This document shows positions 24,183 to 37,700 of a DNA stretch of 64,000 nt, piece by piece. Within the stretch, counting starts at the first letter, position 1, and each line of letters starts with the position of its first letter. The DNA lies in assembly GCA_030704615.1 (NCBI GenBank), contig CM060732.1, positions 39,246,001-39,310,000 on the forward strand. The letters run 5' to 3'. The position numbers were made by a program, and so were the translations under genes. The stretch comes from Takakia lepidozioides. Lineage: Eukaryota; Plantae; Bryophyta. Under the pieces are notes generated by a model. The model was not told the origin of the DNA and did not search any database. It worked only from the letters and a program-made list of their open reading frames with translations.

Positions 24183-25640
24183 TCACCAGTAATCTCCACA
24201 AGAACAAACCCCATTGTGAAAGTGGTGAAAGCGGTGGGAATCTCGTACTACAACTTCTCGCCCAACAATCTTGGAAATGAACTTTGTGGCACTGTGGCAA
24301 TCACCACACACCTGAAGGTTCATGATGATCCGGATAGGCATCCTGGCAAGCATGCTGATGAGTCCAAAAGCAATGGCTAGCTTCTCACTGTGGTAGCACA
24401 GAGAAAGTTCCTTTTGCTCCTCCTCCCAATCATGCAAAACAAAGCGTGTGTCAGGCACATATCCAGCCTCCCTCATCAGCCCAGACATGGATTTCCTCAA
24501 TTTTTGGGTGCAAGTTGTCATCCACTGTAAATATATGCATCCGTTTATCAACCTCAATGCAACTGTGCCCTGGTTCGCTTCTAACACCTCTGTCCTCCAT
24601 CATTTTTGCACCTTGGTCTTATCCAGTGTTGGACCGGTATATAGGTCTGGGGCGGGTATCAACTAGGGTAAGGGTAATGGTATGAAGGATCCCAGGCGGT
24701 ACGTGCAAGGGCAAGACCCGGCTATACCCTAGTGGGGCAGGGTACATGGACTTCTAAAACCCTAGCGCAAACCAGACCAGTCTGGTCTGCTTCCTCGCGC
24801 TACCACTCCAATACCATGCATGCGAGGGCTGAGGGTAGGGTTTAGGGTAGTTTTCATTAGGGAGACTGATTACATGGAGCATTTTCAAGAGGGCACTTCA
24901 ATGAGGATGGGAGTGGAGGCAGATTTGACGAGATTGTGGTGTTGGGAGGCATTTTTGCATGGCTGCGCCTTTTGAATGGTTGTGAAAGTCATTGTAAAGC
25001 ACTAGTGCAACTGGTACCAGACCAGGGCACATACCAGGCTGGTATGACTTTTAAAAATCTGTTTTATACCATACAAGTCGGATTTTCACTCCATACCATA
25101 TACCATACCAAGTTGTCAAATTTACACATCATTTGATACCTCAACTCTACCCCAATACCTTTACCCTAGTGGTATCAAAAAACCATGATATCAGTCTTAT
25201 CATCCCACTTGCCAGCTGCATCGTAAATGTTTGATAGCATGATATAAGCTGCAGGGTGCAGTGGATGGTACTGTAGAATGCATTTTGCTGTACTTTCCGT
25301 TAGCTCCACATCTTATAGGCCCACCTCCCAAAGGGGGCAGTAGCCGCAAGGTGAAGTGGCTCTTAGTTATGCCAAACTCCACTGCCTCATCCAATCGCCC
25401 TGCACGACCAAGAAGGTCCACCACGAAGCCAAAATGCTCCACTCTAGGTGCCATGCCATGATTACCACTCATGGATTCAAAATAGTGATAGCCTTCATCC
25501 AATAGCCCCCGCATGGCTACATGCAAAGAGGAAAGATGTGAAGGTGAGACCATCCGACTTCATCCCTTATTGTTGCATTTGTTCAAATAGTTGGAAGACC
25601 TCCCTACCATATGCATGTTGAGCTGACGTCATTTGTGCGC
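24183..25640 (-). pseudogene. PLS-class PPR-DYW RNA-editing factor pseudogene
   Basis: Motifs GLLDEGYHYFESM, VVDLLGRAGRLDEA, YIMLSNIYDAAGKWD, PG box EPGHSCIEV, and HSEKLA..CGDCH..CSCGDYW. It is broken by insertions and frameshifts. Confidence 0.85.
24624..25193. mobile_element. hAT-type insertion in the PPR E domain
   Basis: Starts CAGTGTTGG. The 8-bp direct repeat GTCTTATC is at 24616-24623 and 25194-25201, and the coding frame WDD|KTKV rejoins across it. The right TIR is not recognisable. Confidence 0.65.
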
Positions 25641-25815
25641 TTATGTCTGAAGTCTAGTGATCTTGGACTTTTCTTCCAAAGATGCAAACTTTAACTTGAA
25701 AATGACTGGGCTCCGCAAAGTGAATATTGGGTTGAAATGACTTGTTCATTCAAGGCAATTGCACGTTTTGAGAAGATCTAATCATCCTGCAACTGCTATA
25801 TAGAATTGGACAACC

Positions 25816-25998
25816 AGCATGTAGCCCAGTGGTAATGGGCACATACCACGTTGGATGTGGTTGTGGGTTCAAACCACGGTCTGGTGTGTCATGAAGGTGT
25901 CTACCTTTCAACTGGAAGGTAGTAGCCCTTGTGGTGAAGAGACACCATAAGTTACGCTCCCTTCAGGAGGCGTCATATATATATATATATATATATAT
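25816..25998 (+). mobile_element. tRNA-derived SINE-like element with (TA)n tail
   Basis: A box TAGCCCAGTGG, B box GGTTCAAACC, a ~90-bp body and then a TA microsatellite. Confidence 0.5.
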
Positions 25999-27648
25999 TA
26001 TTTAGAATTGACAGTAGAGCCAAACAATTACCCCTCAATTCACCTAACCAGCATACTCACCGCAGACCGGCAAAATCGAAGCAGCAGGAGAAAATATGGC
26101 AAAGCAAGGAGCCGCCATCGATAACACACATTAGCAAACCACTTAGGCAGCAGGATGTGGAGTAGATCCCGCGAAAAGACCTAACTGATCCTGAGAGTGC
26201 GCGCAGGATCCATCAACGCCTAGAGTACCCGACTTCTCTCCACCATAAAACAAGCATATACTCCTTTCCTCACAAGAAGCGAGGTTGCACAACAAAGGGG
26301 CGAGCGGAAAGAGCAAGCAACGCGCGAGAGGAGGATCAAACACACGAATCGGGCACTAAGCAGCTCTCATCCAAAGCTTGTACACCAAAATCACATATAC
26401 ACTAACACCCGAGTACACCGCCCTGACCTTGTGTCAGGGCGCCGTCTTTATACAAAAGCCCTAACCGTAGTGGTCCGCCGCGTGGCGAGGCATCATAGGC
26501 CAAAGCCCACGGCGCTGTCTTGTGGCCCTAGATCTGATGAAGGGCCAGGATCGAGCCACCTGCAAAGACTAACCCTAACCTAGATATCATTGTAACGGTT
26601 TAACGGCTTCATACGCCAAAAAATATACTATGGATGTGTATTGCCGTTTTCGATGAATCGCGTTATTTTCAGGCTAAGCAAATATGGGGCTTTACACCCT
26701 CACCAGCTGTTACATTTTTTGAGTTTAATCTTCCCATTGTTTGGAACTTGGTAGAGTATTGATCAATCCTTCCTCGTCCTCTTTACTTTATTGTTATTGG
26801 TCTGTTAAAGATGTTTCAGACATATTGGCTCAGCTTGGCTTTACACTTACACTTGGTCGACTAGCCAAAACCTAGGTAGTTGGCATTCAGGGTGTTGAGC
26901 CTATCCGGAAAAGATAATAATAAGAGTCTGTGACAGGTAATGGTTCCAAGGTGATCAGGTGGTGCTAGTCTTTAGACATGGTTTGTGAGTTGAACCATCA
27001 TTATTCTGCAGGAAGATAAAGATGAAGCTGAAATCTAAGTGGAAGGAGAAGGATAGGCACTCCACCTGACCTGGCAATTCTGTTGCTAGCTCAGTTTCCA
27101 CCCACCTTTGTCACTCTCTTGTTGCGTATTAGCTCCAATACTTCCACTTAGTGTTGGATGCAATTTAGCCTTACCCATACCACTTACTCGAGCATTACCA
27201 AAAGATCAATTGCAGCCAGCTTTGTGGCCCATGAAATGGAAATTTCGACTCTCTTAAAACAAATAGCAATTGTGGAAACACTTCATGAGCGTGAATTTTA
27301 CCACCAGGACCTAGGACAGCTAAACAAAATGTTTGTGCCAGACAGTACGTGTTGCTATATCAACAGATTTCAAAAACTCTCGACGTGAACCCGATATCTT
27401 TAGAGTTGCGCAGTCATCCAAGCTGAACCCTTATACAGACAAGATACACAAACTTGCACGGTTTCCATTGGGAAATAAACCATGAATGAGACATCACACA
27501 GGGACCAAAAAGGTCTGAAGGAGAACCAAGTTGCCAACCTGAAGGACCTCAGTCCCTAGCTCAAAAGCACATGGAGTATGGAACTCCAGCACCGAGATAC
27601 ATCTGTAAACTGTTCATGTAATAAGAAACCTAAGCTAGAAACCATCTC

Positions 27649-29716
27649 TTAGAAGAGTGATGTGCCCTTGCCCTTCTTGTCTCCTCCAATCTCAAAATGC
27701 TTGCAACGCTGAACACACACTTAGGGAGGTAAGTAGAGAGAAGGAAAGTGGACATTTGTGTAATAAATGAACAAATACAGAAAGGCATACCACTGAGAAG
27801 CCTCACAGCTCTCAGCCATCTCTCTCCAGGAAAAGAGGAAGGATGACAAAAGAGTGGAAGGACAACCTCTGCATTTCGACAAAACACCCTACCAAAACTT
27901 TCCTCAGATCCACAGATAATCACGGCATACTTCAGAGCCACGGATCAGGTGTACCTTGATGGGGTGTTGCGTTACATGCTTGCAGGACTGGCACTGCAAC
28001 CTCAACACAATCTTCTTGGTGGTTTTGGCCTGTAGACATTCCAGATGTAATAATTTACACCCTCTGACACCAGAAGTGTGACATTCCAATGACATGGAAA
28101 CGTTTTCTGGCAGGTTCCCAAGATAACAATAGAAAGCTTCCTTCCCTTCACATGTTCAGGACTGACGATTCCTAGTGCATGGACCAGAAATCTGGTACAT
28201 CACAACACAACATAATGCACAAGCTACAAAGCATCCTGAATTTGGAACTTCTCTTCAGAACAGAGTAAAATACTGTCAGAATGGAAGTGACTGACCTTCT
28301 TGTGAAAGACAGGCTTAGTCTGACCTCCATAACCAGACTGCTTCCTGTCGTACCGCCTCTTACCTGCCACAAACATCACACAACGAAATTTTTTTGGTAT
28401 CATGTCCTTAGAAGTATCAAGAAGCAAACTCTAGCTGTGGCTGGGATCCAATTTATAACCATGACAGCCCAAGAAAGTGATTGAGGCACCTTCACATATT
28501 GTGCAACAGGTCAAACAAAACCTCTAACTGCTGTCGAGATTGCTGGATTGAGGATAAAATTATACAACTTTCTCAAGGATAATTTGGGTAGTCCCCTAGT
28601 GGCACTAGGACAGATTAAATATTGGAGATCAGTGAATTGGAAATTCTCAGTGAGTAGTTTATTGCAAATTCTGATGCTTGGTATCCTGAAGGAGAGTAAG
28701 AAAATCATCTCAGAAACCAACCAGCTGGACTCTTACTGAACATGCGGAACCCTTGTCAGAGAAGTCACATTGTAAATAGCTGCACACAAGATCTCCCATT
28801 CCAGGTAAATTATCATCTTTTAATGGTTGAGCTCATTCACTATACTCACTGAGAGTAAACATGAAGAGAAGCCATATGCTGAGCCCAACCTGACTTGAAG
28901 GGGTTCCAAGCCAAGCTACAGCCTTCTTATCACTGCTGAGACTGACAAAGTCATCAACATAGGTCAGCACAGTCCTACTATTGCTTTTCATGGGTGCTGC
29001 ATAACAGTCAGGAGATGATTGGAACGGAGCCAAGAATATATACCCTGGGCATAGAGACTGTCCTTGCCCTTCTTGTACTGCGTAACCTTGTGAAGGGTAT
29101 GCTTCTTGCAGTCCTTGCCTTTGCAGAAAGACTTCTTGGTCTTTGGAACGTTCACCTACCACATCAACATTTCACAATAAGACCATGGAAGCAGCCCGTA
29201 ACCCTGATTGAAGAGGCACATCGACTGCAGTAAAGCAGGAAGAGGAAGAGAAGGGGAAAAAACCCCAAAACTGAACAAAGCCGACCACTGTCATCCCTGA
29301 AGGCTACCCCCAGTGGTAGCAGTACTTCAGTGTCTCATCTACAATAAAGATCAAGAGAAACCAGTCACCTGCCATCAAAGCAGTGGAATCCACCTTGGTA
29401 TCTCATACCGACTCAAAAACAATGAACAAAAAGATCGAAAAACCCCCAAATGTGGCAAACCACACATACCGGAGGTGACACTTGCCTTTGTTCCTAAAGT
29501 CCATTCAAAACGGGAGAAACGATAACAGGACCTTCAGCAGGACAGGGATTCAAAACCCAGAACGACTGGACTCTGGGGACGCTAACGCCACTTACAAAAT
29601 CCAATTCAAACTCAGGCGAGCGAGAACCAACAATCTTTACCCATTTCTTGTACAGAGAAAGCGGTTGAGCATGAAAACGGGAAAGAAGAGGGATTAGAGC
29701 ACGCTCCACGTACCAT
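27649..29716 (-). CDS. RPL36A: 60S ribosomal protein L36a/L44 (eL42); exons 29716-29714, 29155-29044, 28363-28296, 28029-27955, 27708-27649
   Basis: Spliced translation [105 protein letters not shown]. All introns are GT-AG. Confidence 0.97.
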
Positions 29717-29797
29717 GGTGGCAGGCCGCAAATGCGCACACCCTTCGAAGCGCTCCCGCAGATGCAATTGCGAAAGGAAGACGCAGAGCGAAGCAGC

Positions 29798-29805
29798 TAG
29801 GGTTT
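29798..29805 (-). promoter_or_regulatory. Telo-box (AAACCCTA) upstream of RPL36a
   Basis: TAGGGTTT on the + strand ~85 bp upstream of the ATG, typical of plant ribosomal protein promoters. Confidence 0.6.
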
Positions 29806-30058
29806 CATGCGCTGCGCCGCCCTGGCAGGCTTGGAGGTGTCGTTCTAACTATTTCATCCGTCGCCTGTATAGGTTTCCGTCGACACTCTGTTGGAGGGGG
29901 CAAGCCGCCATAGCTCGGTGTGGAGCAAGGACAGGACACAGGGAGAAGAATGAGAGGGAAAAACCCAAACCCCCGTAGTTTCCTGAGGATCTTTGTGATG
30001 GTGCTACTGTAATCTGCACTGCCTGTTGTCTGAGCGAGCGATCTCTTTTGAAGTACAG

Positions 30059-31361
30059 ATGCTGTCTGTGGGTCGCAGGGCCTCCGGGTCCTTGAGTAGG
30101 CGGGTCGCCTTGTGCGTAGAACAGGCATTACAGAATTCATGGGAAAAGAGAGGATGCGATCTGCCTGTAAATGCTCGGTTGGTTTCTTCAGCGAGAGAGC
30201 TTCGCCCTCCCATGCCGCAGCAGAGGCGGAGGCCGCCTCCGCCTCCTCCGGCTTCTAGGAGTTCTAAACCACTGTACGGGAGAATTGACATAACCAATCA
30301 CCCGGAAAGACCAATCCTAGAAATGCTGAAAGCAGAGATTGACAATACGAGGAAAATTCAAAAGGTAATCACTCGGCATCTTTCTGAGATTTTTGCACCT
30401 GTGACCTAGTAGCACGTTCAAGAGGGTAGTGAAGAAGCTGATAGTATATTTGTTTGGAGCTATGTCCCTCAGTGGTATGAGCGGCATGACGGGGACTAGC
30501 CCCACACATAGTTGATTTTGTGATGACAGTCGCAGTTAGAGAGTATTAGGGCTGGATCCGGTTTATGGTTTCAGCTCATCTACTTTTCAGTAACATTATC
30601 TGTGTCTTGTGCACATGTGTCTCTCTGTGAGATGGGAGAGAATGAGACTAAGGGCTAGTGGTGGTTTTCTGCAGTTTTTCATGAAGGATCCACCTCCGCC
30701 CTTCAAGTTGAAAGTTGAGCCTGGCAAAATGGAGGTGTATATGCAGCGAAGATATGGTATAGAAGAGATCCACTGCACAACACATATAGTGCCCAGGGCA
30801 GATCGTAAGAAGGTTGACTCTCAAGACGAAGTTCAGGACCCCAAACGCGATTTGTGTTTGGAACTCAGGATTTCCATTACTAAAGGCGGACTTCAGGCAA
30901 TGGAGATCAACTGTCAGTTGTACAAGAACAAGTATTCCATCAACCATATCCACTTCTGTGAGAATAAGGCCTCGAAGGAGCAGGGGTGGTACATACCTTA
31001 TGGGAAGTAAGTGTGCCCCACGCCTCTCAGAACACTTGAGTCCAAGAACTGCATCGGTTATTAATTTTGTGTGCGCTCGAAGTTGATTTCACGTCAATGT
31101 GTGAAACAGAAAAATCAGCCAGAAGCTAAGGATGAGTTGGTTATAAATGGTGTGTGCGTTCTAAGCTGATTTCATGTCAATGTGTGAATCAGAAGAATCA
31201 GCCAGAAGTTGAAGGATGAGTTCCACCAATTCCTAGCTGTCAGAGGATTTGATGATGTACTTGCAAAATACGAGTATGACTACATGAGTGACAAGGATTT
31301 CCGCGATCGGCTACTTTCGTTCGAGAGAATTGAGGCAGTTATTAAGGTAGGGGCAAACTGA
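30059..31361 (+). CDS. Mitochondrial acidic matrix glycoprotein (MAM33/p32 family); exons ~30059-30364, ~30687-31006, ~31193-31361
   Basis: Arg/Ser-rich presequence, ILEMLKAEI, PPPPFKL, ELRISITKG, and C-terminal LKDEFHQFLAVRGFDDVLAKYEYDYMSDKD. GT-AG junctions. Confidence 0.75.
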
Positions 31362-34300
31362 AGCAGGGAAAATCAAGAATTCAGTTCACTTCTGGGAAAG
31401 CTGGAATCAGCAGTACTGGGACTGACCTCAAAATCTTTTTTGTCGTTCCTTACAATTCAGAACTGGTTTTGTTTTGCATATTTGGCTATGTACAAGCTGC
31501 AATTGACTCAAAAGAAAATCAAACCAGTTTGTGAGCCAACCATGAACTAGTAAGAGACTATCACCTTTCTAAGGCTCCGTGGAAAGTTAGGGTAGACAAT
31601 GGTTCTCTATTTTCAAAAATGTAGAAAAGGTATGTTGGAAGCCACCCACCATGGAAATGCTGGTGAAGTCTGTTGAGGAAGGGGTTGCGATTGCCAAGCT
31701 CTAATGGCGCAGCTGGTGGCTACGTGAAGGCAAGTGGCAACAGAGCAATTGATTTTGCAGCTCCACCTGTGTATTGTCCCCTCCATGTCATGTTATCTGC
31801 TATGGATATGTCACCTCCATTATACAGTTGCTTACAATCATTTGAGGAGGCTCTCTAGCTGAAGTCTTGCAGTCATACAATAGTTAGAATCAGTATGCAA
31901 GCCCTGTTATATTGATATATCCATCTCTGTATATCCATCTCTGGGTTTAATGCTGTGAACTGGAAACTGGTACTTGAACCTTCTCTTTGGTGGTGTGGCT
32001 TGAATGCGTCGTCCATGGAGAACACAGCTTTTGTGCTGAAGCCATCAAACACCCGCTGCAGTTCTCCCATCTGCTTGGTATTGTTCTTTGTTAAACCTCT
32101 GGGAAGTCTGGGCAGGATGTATGGTGGCAGGAACCAATGTCTTTGATCGACCAGTGCTTTTGAGGTAGACTCCTTGTTGCTTAAATCTATCTGTATAGAC
32201 TAAAGAACAAATCAAACCATGTGGGAGTTCTTTGGATGAACAGGATAGGCAGAGGATGAATGGTGTGCTTGATCAGGGCATCAAAACCTGGGAGCAGCGG
32301 TATGTTGGGTGCGATGAATGAAAAGTGACAGTAATTCATCCACTTAAGATAGTTGCTTCAGCGTGCTGATGGAGTGAGATGAATGAGTGGTGGATATAGA
32401 CCTGTAGACGAAAATGGCATAATGTTGTCCAACAGATTGGAACTTGCATTAGCTAAGGCATGTGACTAGTGTTAAGTTGCGAGTTTAAATACGGTCCCAA
32501 TAAATATGTATGTGGCAATTTATGGTGCACTTGAGCTAACATGTATGGCCCGCGAGCTACAGCCGGGAACCCCCCCTCCGGCAGCCTTATCGGAAGGGGG
32601 AGCGCCCTACCTCAAATCCGATAGCATGATTATCACCTTCCAAACCCCCCATCAACAACAGAAATAGACATGTTGCGATCGAAATCCTTGAGCGTATGGA
32701 TACCATGTGGCTCATATAGAGCCTCTGAAGAGAAATGAATTTGAAACGTTTTGATCAGTTCATCAATTGGTATTTGTAAAGCTTGTGAAAAATGAGCCAT
32801 CGTAGATCTTTTGATGTAATTGCATGATGCAACAAGCCGCAAACCCAAGAGACTCTGTCCATTGAAGCAACAATTTTGAGCTGCCATGTGGTTTCTACTT
32901 AAGAGCTTTTTTAGACCAATTGTACTTTTGAAAGTTCACATGGAGTAAGGTGTATGGTCCGTTGACCATATTTTTCCATTGACTTTAAACCCTAATGGAC
33001 GAGGCAGTTTTTGGTGGGCCCCCTCCAAATCAGGACATACCCGCACAATGAGGGTGTATCTCTTAGGAAACTAACATCCACAGGGATGAACCGCGTATGA
33101 ATGGGAGGCTATCTACTTCATCCAACTTTTGTGTATATTTCAGCTCACTCCACCTTGTCGTTTGGAAGATTATAAGAAATTTGCAAGCCCAAAATTTGGG
33201 GTACACGCCAAATTTAGAGTGGAAAAATGGTTTGACTAGGAAATTGGATCGACAAAATATTTTTTCCTTGCAAGACCCCATCCAGATTCCAATTATGTGG
33301 CGCTTAAAGCATGTTGCCCCAAAATTTCAAAGCAGAATTCCAAAATCTTGATAAAGTTGCTTTGTATGGAAAAACAGGGGGGTCAAAACACACCATGAAG
33401 CTCAAATGACATGTAATTCAGGCTTAGGGGGTCAAAATTTCCTTGGAATCACAATTGCTGCGGTGAAAGTGTTCCTTGAATGATGAACTACTACCTCCAA
33501 AAAGAAATTCAGAATTCTAACAAAAATCCAGGCAAAGATTTGCATTTGTTTCCATTTGTACTTTTGCCTTGTTGCCACCCCTTCAGTGCCATGTTGTTAA
33601 GTCAAAGCTGCTGGACGACCAATTGTGGGCACCCCTGCACACTAAAATTTTTACTGAGGGCAGGGCTTTCATTATTTTAGGAGGCCATAAAGACGGGCAG
33701 CGGCATGACATCAAGGTGCACAACTTTCGTTCAGAAAGTTTTTTCATCCAAGGTCATCCAACGATTTGCCATCGTGGATGATTTCTGATGCAACCCTGAC
33801 GCGACCCGAAACGGGTCACCTCATCCATTAGGGATTAACATGATGCAAAGCAACGTTTTTTTTATGCACGAAATTTCGCCACTTTTCGATCTAGAAATTG
33901 GTCTCACGAAATTTACAAAGGAATTATGGATTAAAATATGGCACTGTTTCGCATTACCGCCCTCCCTAATGCCATCATGTCGTTGCAATGAGGACGCCGC
34001 TTGTACAACTATCGCACAAGGAAAAGAGCCACATGCCATTTGGGTTCGTTAGATCCAGATGATCTTGCCTATCGATTTCAAGAAACCCTACCATCCTACC
34101 AGCGCAAGGAGTAAAGCCTTGGGTTCAAACTCTTCCCGCTTTCGCCAGGGGGTCGAGCTATGGAGGGAACTCTTTTCGCTTACCCGCCTAGTATTTGTGT
34201 CATGCACCTCCATTTAAGCAGACTTGCACCGCCTCTTGCACTGGCACATGAGGCTTTGAGCAGAGTTGCTGATCTTGCACAAGATTAGTCATATTCGTTA

Positions 34301-34719
34301 ATGGATTGTATCCATGTGACAAAGTTGTGCTAGGCTTTGCAAGATGCAATGTCGTTGTTACTTAGAAAAAATTACCTCCATTGTCGCTCCCACAAACCGA
34401 ACACTACATGAGTTGAGTTCGCATAAAACTCATCAAACATTCTTGAGAGTAGCCACCAGTTCGAGATCACATGCCACAGAGTCGTCAATTGATCTTCCTC
34501 ATAGGCCAGGAGCCAGGAGCCAACGTGGCTCAAGTTCTTAAATGAAAAAAAAAACGCTGATGCAAAGTCTGTGCCCTCAAGGGTCAGAGCCAACAAATAG
34601 TCAATTGAATCGAACCAACAACCTTTAAGATCGTAAAAATAACCATGGTACACATTGCAATTGTTGGTGCTCTAAATCGATATTTATATATTGAAAAATT
34701 AGGGTAGTAAGACATTAGA

Positions 34720-37700
34720 TTAACTAGGGTAGCCTGCACCATTGGCCCAAGTGTCCAGTGTCATCTAATTAAGCCCAAGTCCAAGTGCGTTTCCTATGTT
34801 GAGGCCCAAGTGCGACCTCTAGGGTAGCTTGTGCCTTTGGCCCACGTGTGAAGAATTGAAATGTAAGACCAAGTGTGATTTCCTATATATCCCAATGCGT
34901 CTCCTATGTCAAGGCCCATCTAAGCCCAAGTGCAATCTTCTATGTATCCAAGTGCATCTCCCGTGTAAAGAGGCCCAAGTGTTCACCGTTATCTAAACCA
35001 AGTGTATCCAAGTGCGTCTCCGATGTAGAGGCCGAAGTTCTACATACTTACGTTCGTGTTAGCCGTATCTCATCATTTATATTCCACAGAGCCTACGACC
35101 AGATTTGAACCGGAGACCTTTCCCTTTATATCTCTTCTGTTGAGGCTCCAACCATTGTCCCAGGAATGCCCACTTTCCTATTTTTGGGGAATGTCAAGTG
35201 ACCAAAAGTACTTGAAATTCAACATCTCCTACACTGCCGGTCCAAAAATGAGGGCTTTCCAACGGTACCAAACACCAAGGTTGGGGCCCCACGGTTTGGG
35301 ATATCTCAAATCTACAAAACAAACAAACAAAACAAATATCTCACTTCATATATTGATAGGTAGCCTTTGCCGTTGGCCCAAGTATCCAATGTCATCTAAG
35401 TCCAAGTGTAATCCCCTATGTATCAAAGTGCGTCTCCTATGTCGAGGCCCAAATGCAACCTCTAGGGTAGCCTTTACCGTTGGCCCAAGTGTCCAATGCC
35501 ATCTAAGTAAGTTTTTTTCCACAAAGCCTACGACCAGACTTGACCAGAGACCTTGCCCTTGATATCTCTCTCGTTGAGGCTCCAACCATTTATCCCAGGA
35601 ATGCCCATTTTGCCATTTTTGCTATTTTTTGTGAATTTCCAGCGACCAAAAGTACACACCGCAGGTCCAAAAATCATGAGACCAAGCCCATTCACCCCTC
35701 CTCGTCGAGGGCTTTCCAACGGTACCAAGCACTAGGGCTGTGGCCTTGCGGTTTGGGACATCTCAACGTGACAAAACAAAACAAACGTCTTGCTTCATGT
35801 ATTGACTAGGGTAGCCTGTGTCGTTGGCCCAAGTGTCAAGTGTCATCTAAATCCAAGTGCATCAATATATGAAGCAAAGCCACATCTAATTATTATTTTT
35901 TCATTTGAACCGGAGACCTTTCCCTTGATATCTCCAAGTGCAATCCTCTATATATCAAAGTGCGTCTCCTATGTCGAGACCCAAATGTGACCTCTAGGAT
36001 AGCTTGTGCCATTGGCCCAAATGCCTAGTATCATCTAAGCCCAACTGCAAGATCTCACATGTATCCTAGTGCATCTCCCAAGTACAACCTCTAGGGTAGC
36101 CTGTGCCGTTGGCCCAAGTGTCCAGTGTCATCTAAGTCCAAGTGCAATCTCTTATGTATCCACCTTACAGTTTGGGAGATCTAGGGCGGTACCATGTGCC
36201 ATTGGCCCATGTGTGAAGAATTGAGATCTAAGCCCAAATGCAATCTCATATGTATCCAAGTGCTTCTCCCATGTGGAGACCCAAGTGCGACCTCCAGTGT
36301 CCAATGTCATCTAAGTCCAAGTGCAATCCCAAAGCTTACTTTGCTATTTTTGAAATCTCCCGTCGAGGCTTCATGTATTGAAATATCCACTTTGCTATTT
36401 TTTGCGAATTTCCAGCGACCAAAAGTACCTGAAATTCCAAATCTCCCACATGAAGGGCCAATCATTGCTCCAAGAAAGCCCAAATTCAATCTCCTACTAT
36501 CCATGGATAATATGTTGGCCAACTCCGTCTCCAAATTTTATAAAACCAAGTTGATGCACCCCTACTCATCAAGTGCTACCAAAATCGTGGCCACAGGCCC
36601 GCGGTTTGCAGGTCCATCTAAGCCCACATTCAGTCTCATATTATCCATGGATAATATGTTGGCCAAGTGCGACCTCGAGTGTCTTTCCAACACTTAATTT
36701 TGTAATTTAGTTGAATTTCCAGAGACCAAATTTTATGAAACCAAATCGATGCACTTGGGCCTACTCATCGAGGGCTTTCCAACGGTACCAAAATCGTGGC
36801 AAGAGGCCCCGCGGTTTGGGAGATCTCATCGACGCTACGTACAAAACATATTGTGAACGCCAATATTCTAAAATAACCAATTTACATTTATATCCATATG
36901 CACAAAAGAGAAATGAAGGGCCAATCATTGCTACAGGATTGAAAGCCCACTTTGCCATTTTTCACGAATTTCCAACTACCAAAAGTACTTAAAATTCGTT
37001 TTAGGCATATCTAATCTTTTTTTTTCCAAAGACCCTACAACCAGATTTGAACCGGAGACCTTTCCCTTGATATCTCTCATGTCGAGGCTCTAATCATTGT
37101 CCCAAGAAAGCCCATTTTGCTATTTTCGTGAATTTCCAGCCACCCAAAGTACGTGGAATTTCATATCTCCCACACAGTCGGTCCAAATATCATGAGACTA
37201 ACCCCTCCTCGTCGAGAGCTTTCCAATGGTACCAAGCACCAGTGTTGGGGCCTTGCAGTGTGGGATATCTCAACGCTACAAAACAAAATCAAACAAACAA
37301 ACAAATCGTCTCGCTTCATATATTGACTAGGGTAGCCCGTGCCGTTGGCCCAAGTGTCCAGTGTCATCTAAGCCGAAGTGCAATCTCATATGTATCCAAA
37401 AGCATCTCCAATGTGCGACTCCCATGTCGAGGCCCATCCCATCTAAGCCTAGTGTGCAATCTCCTATGTATCCAAGTACATCTCCATGCCAAAGCCCGAT
37501 TAATTTTTTTCCATGAAAATATTGAGTAGTAATATATCATATCATTATTGATATATCTCCCGTCTCTAGGGTAACCTGTGCCGTTGGCCCAAGTGTCCAA
37601 TGTCATCTAAGTCCAAGTGCAATCCCCTATGTATCTAGAGACCCTCTTGTTTGGGAGATCTAGGCCTAGGGTAGCATGCGGCGTGCGCCATGGGCCCATG

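Noticed and set aside
25816-25890. Functional tRNA gene
   Set aside because: A/B boxes are present, but the acceptor and anticodon stems do not form a clean cloverleaf, so it is treated as a SINE head.
32490-34700. Tc1/mariner transposase remnant (NWSSSSFDLT resembling WPPxSPDL on the - strand)
   Set aside because: The similarity is too degenerate and no matching TIR pair was found.
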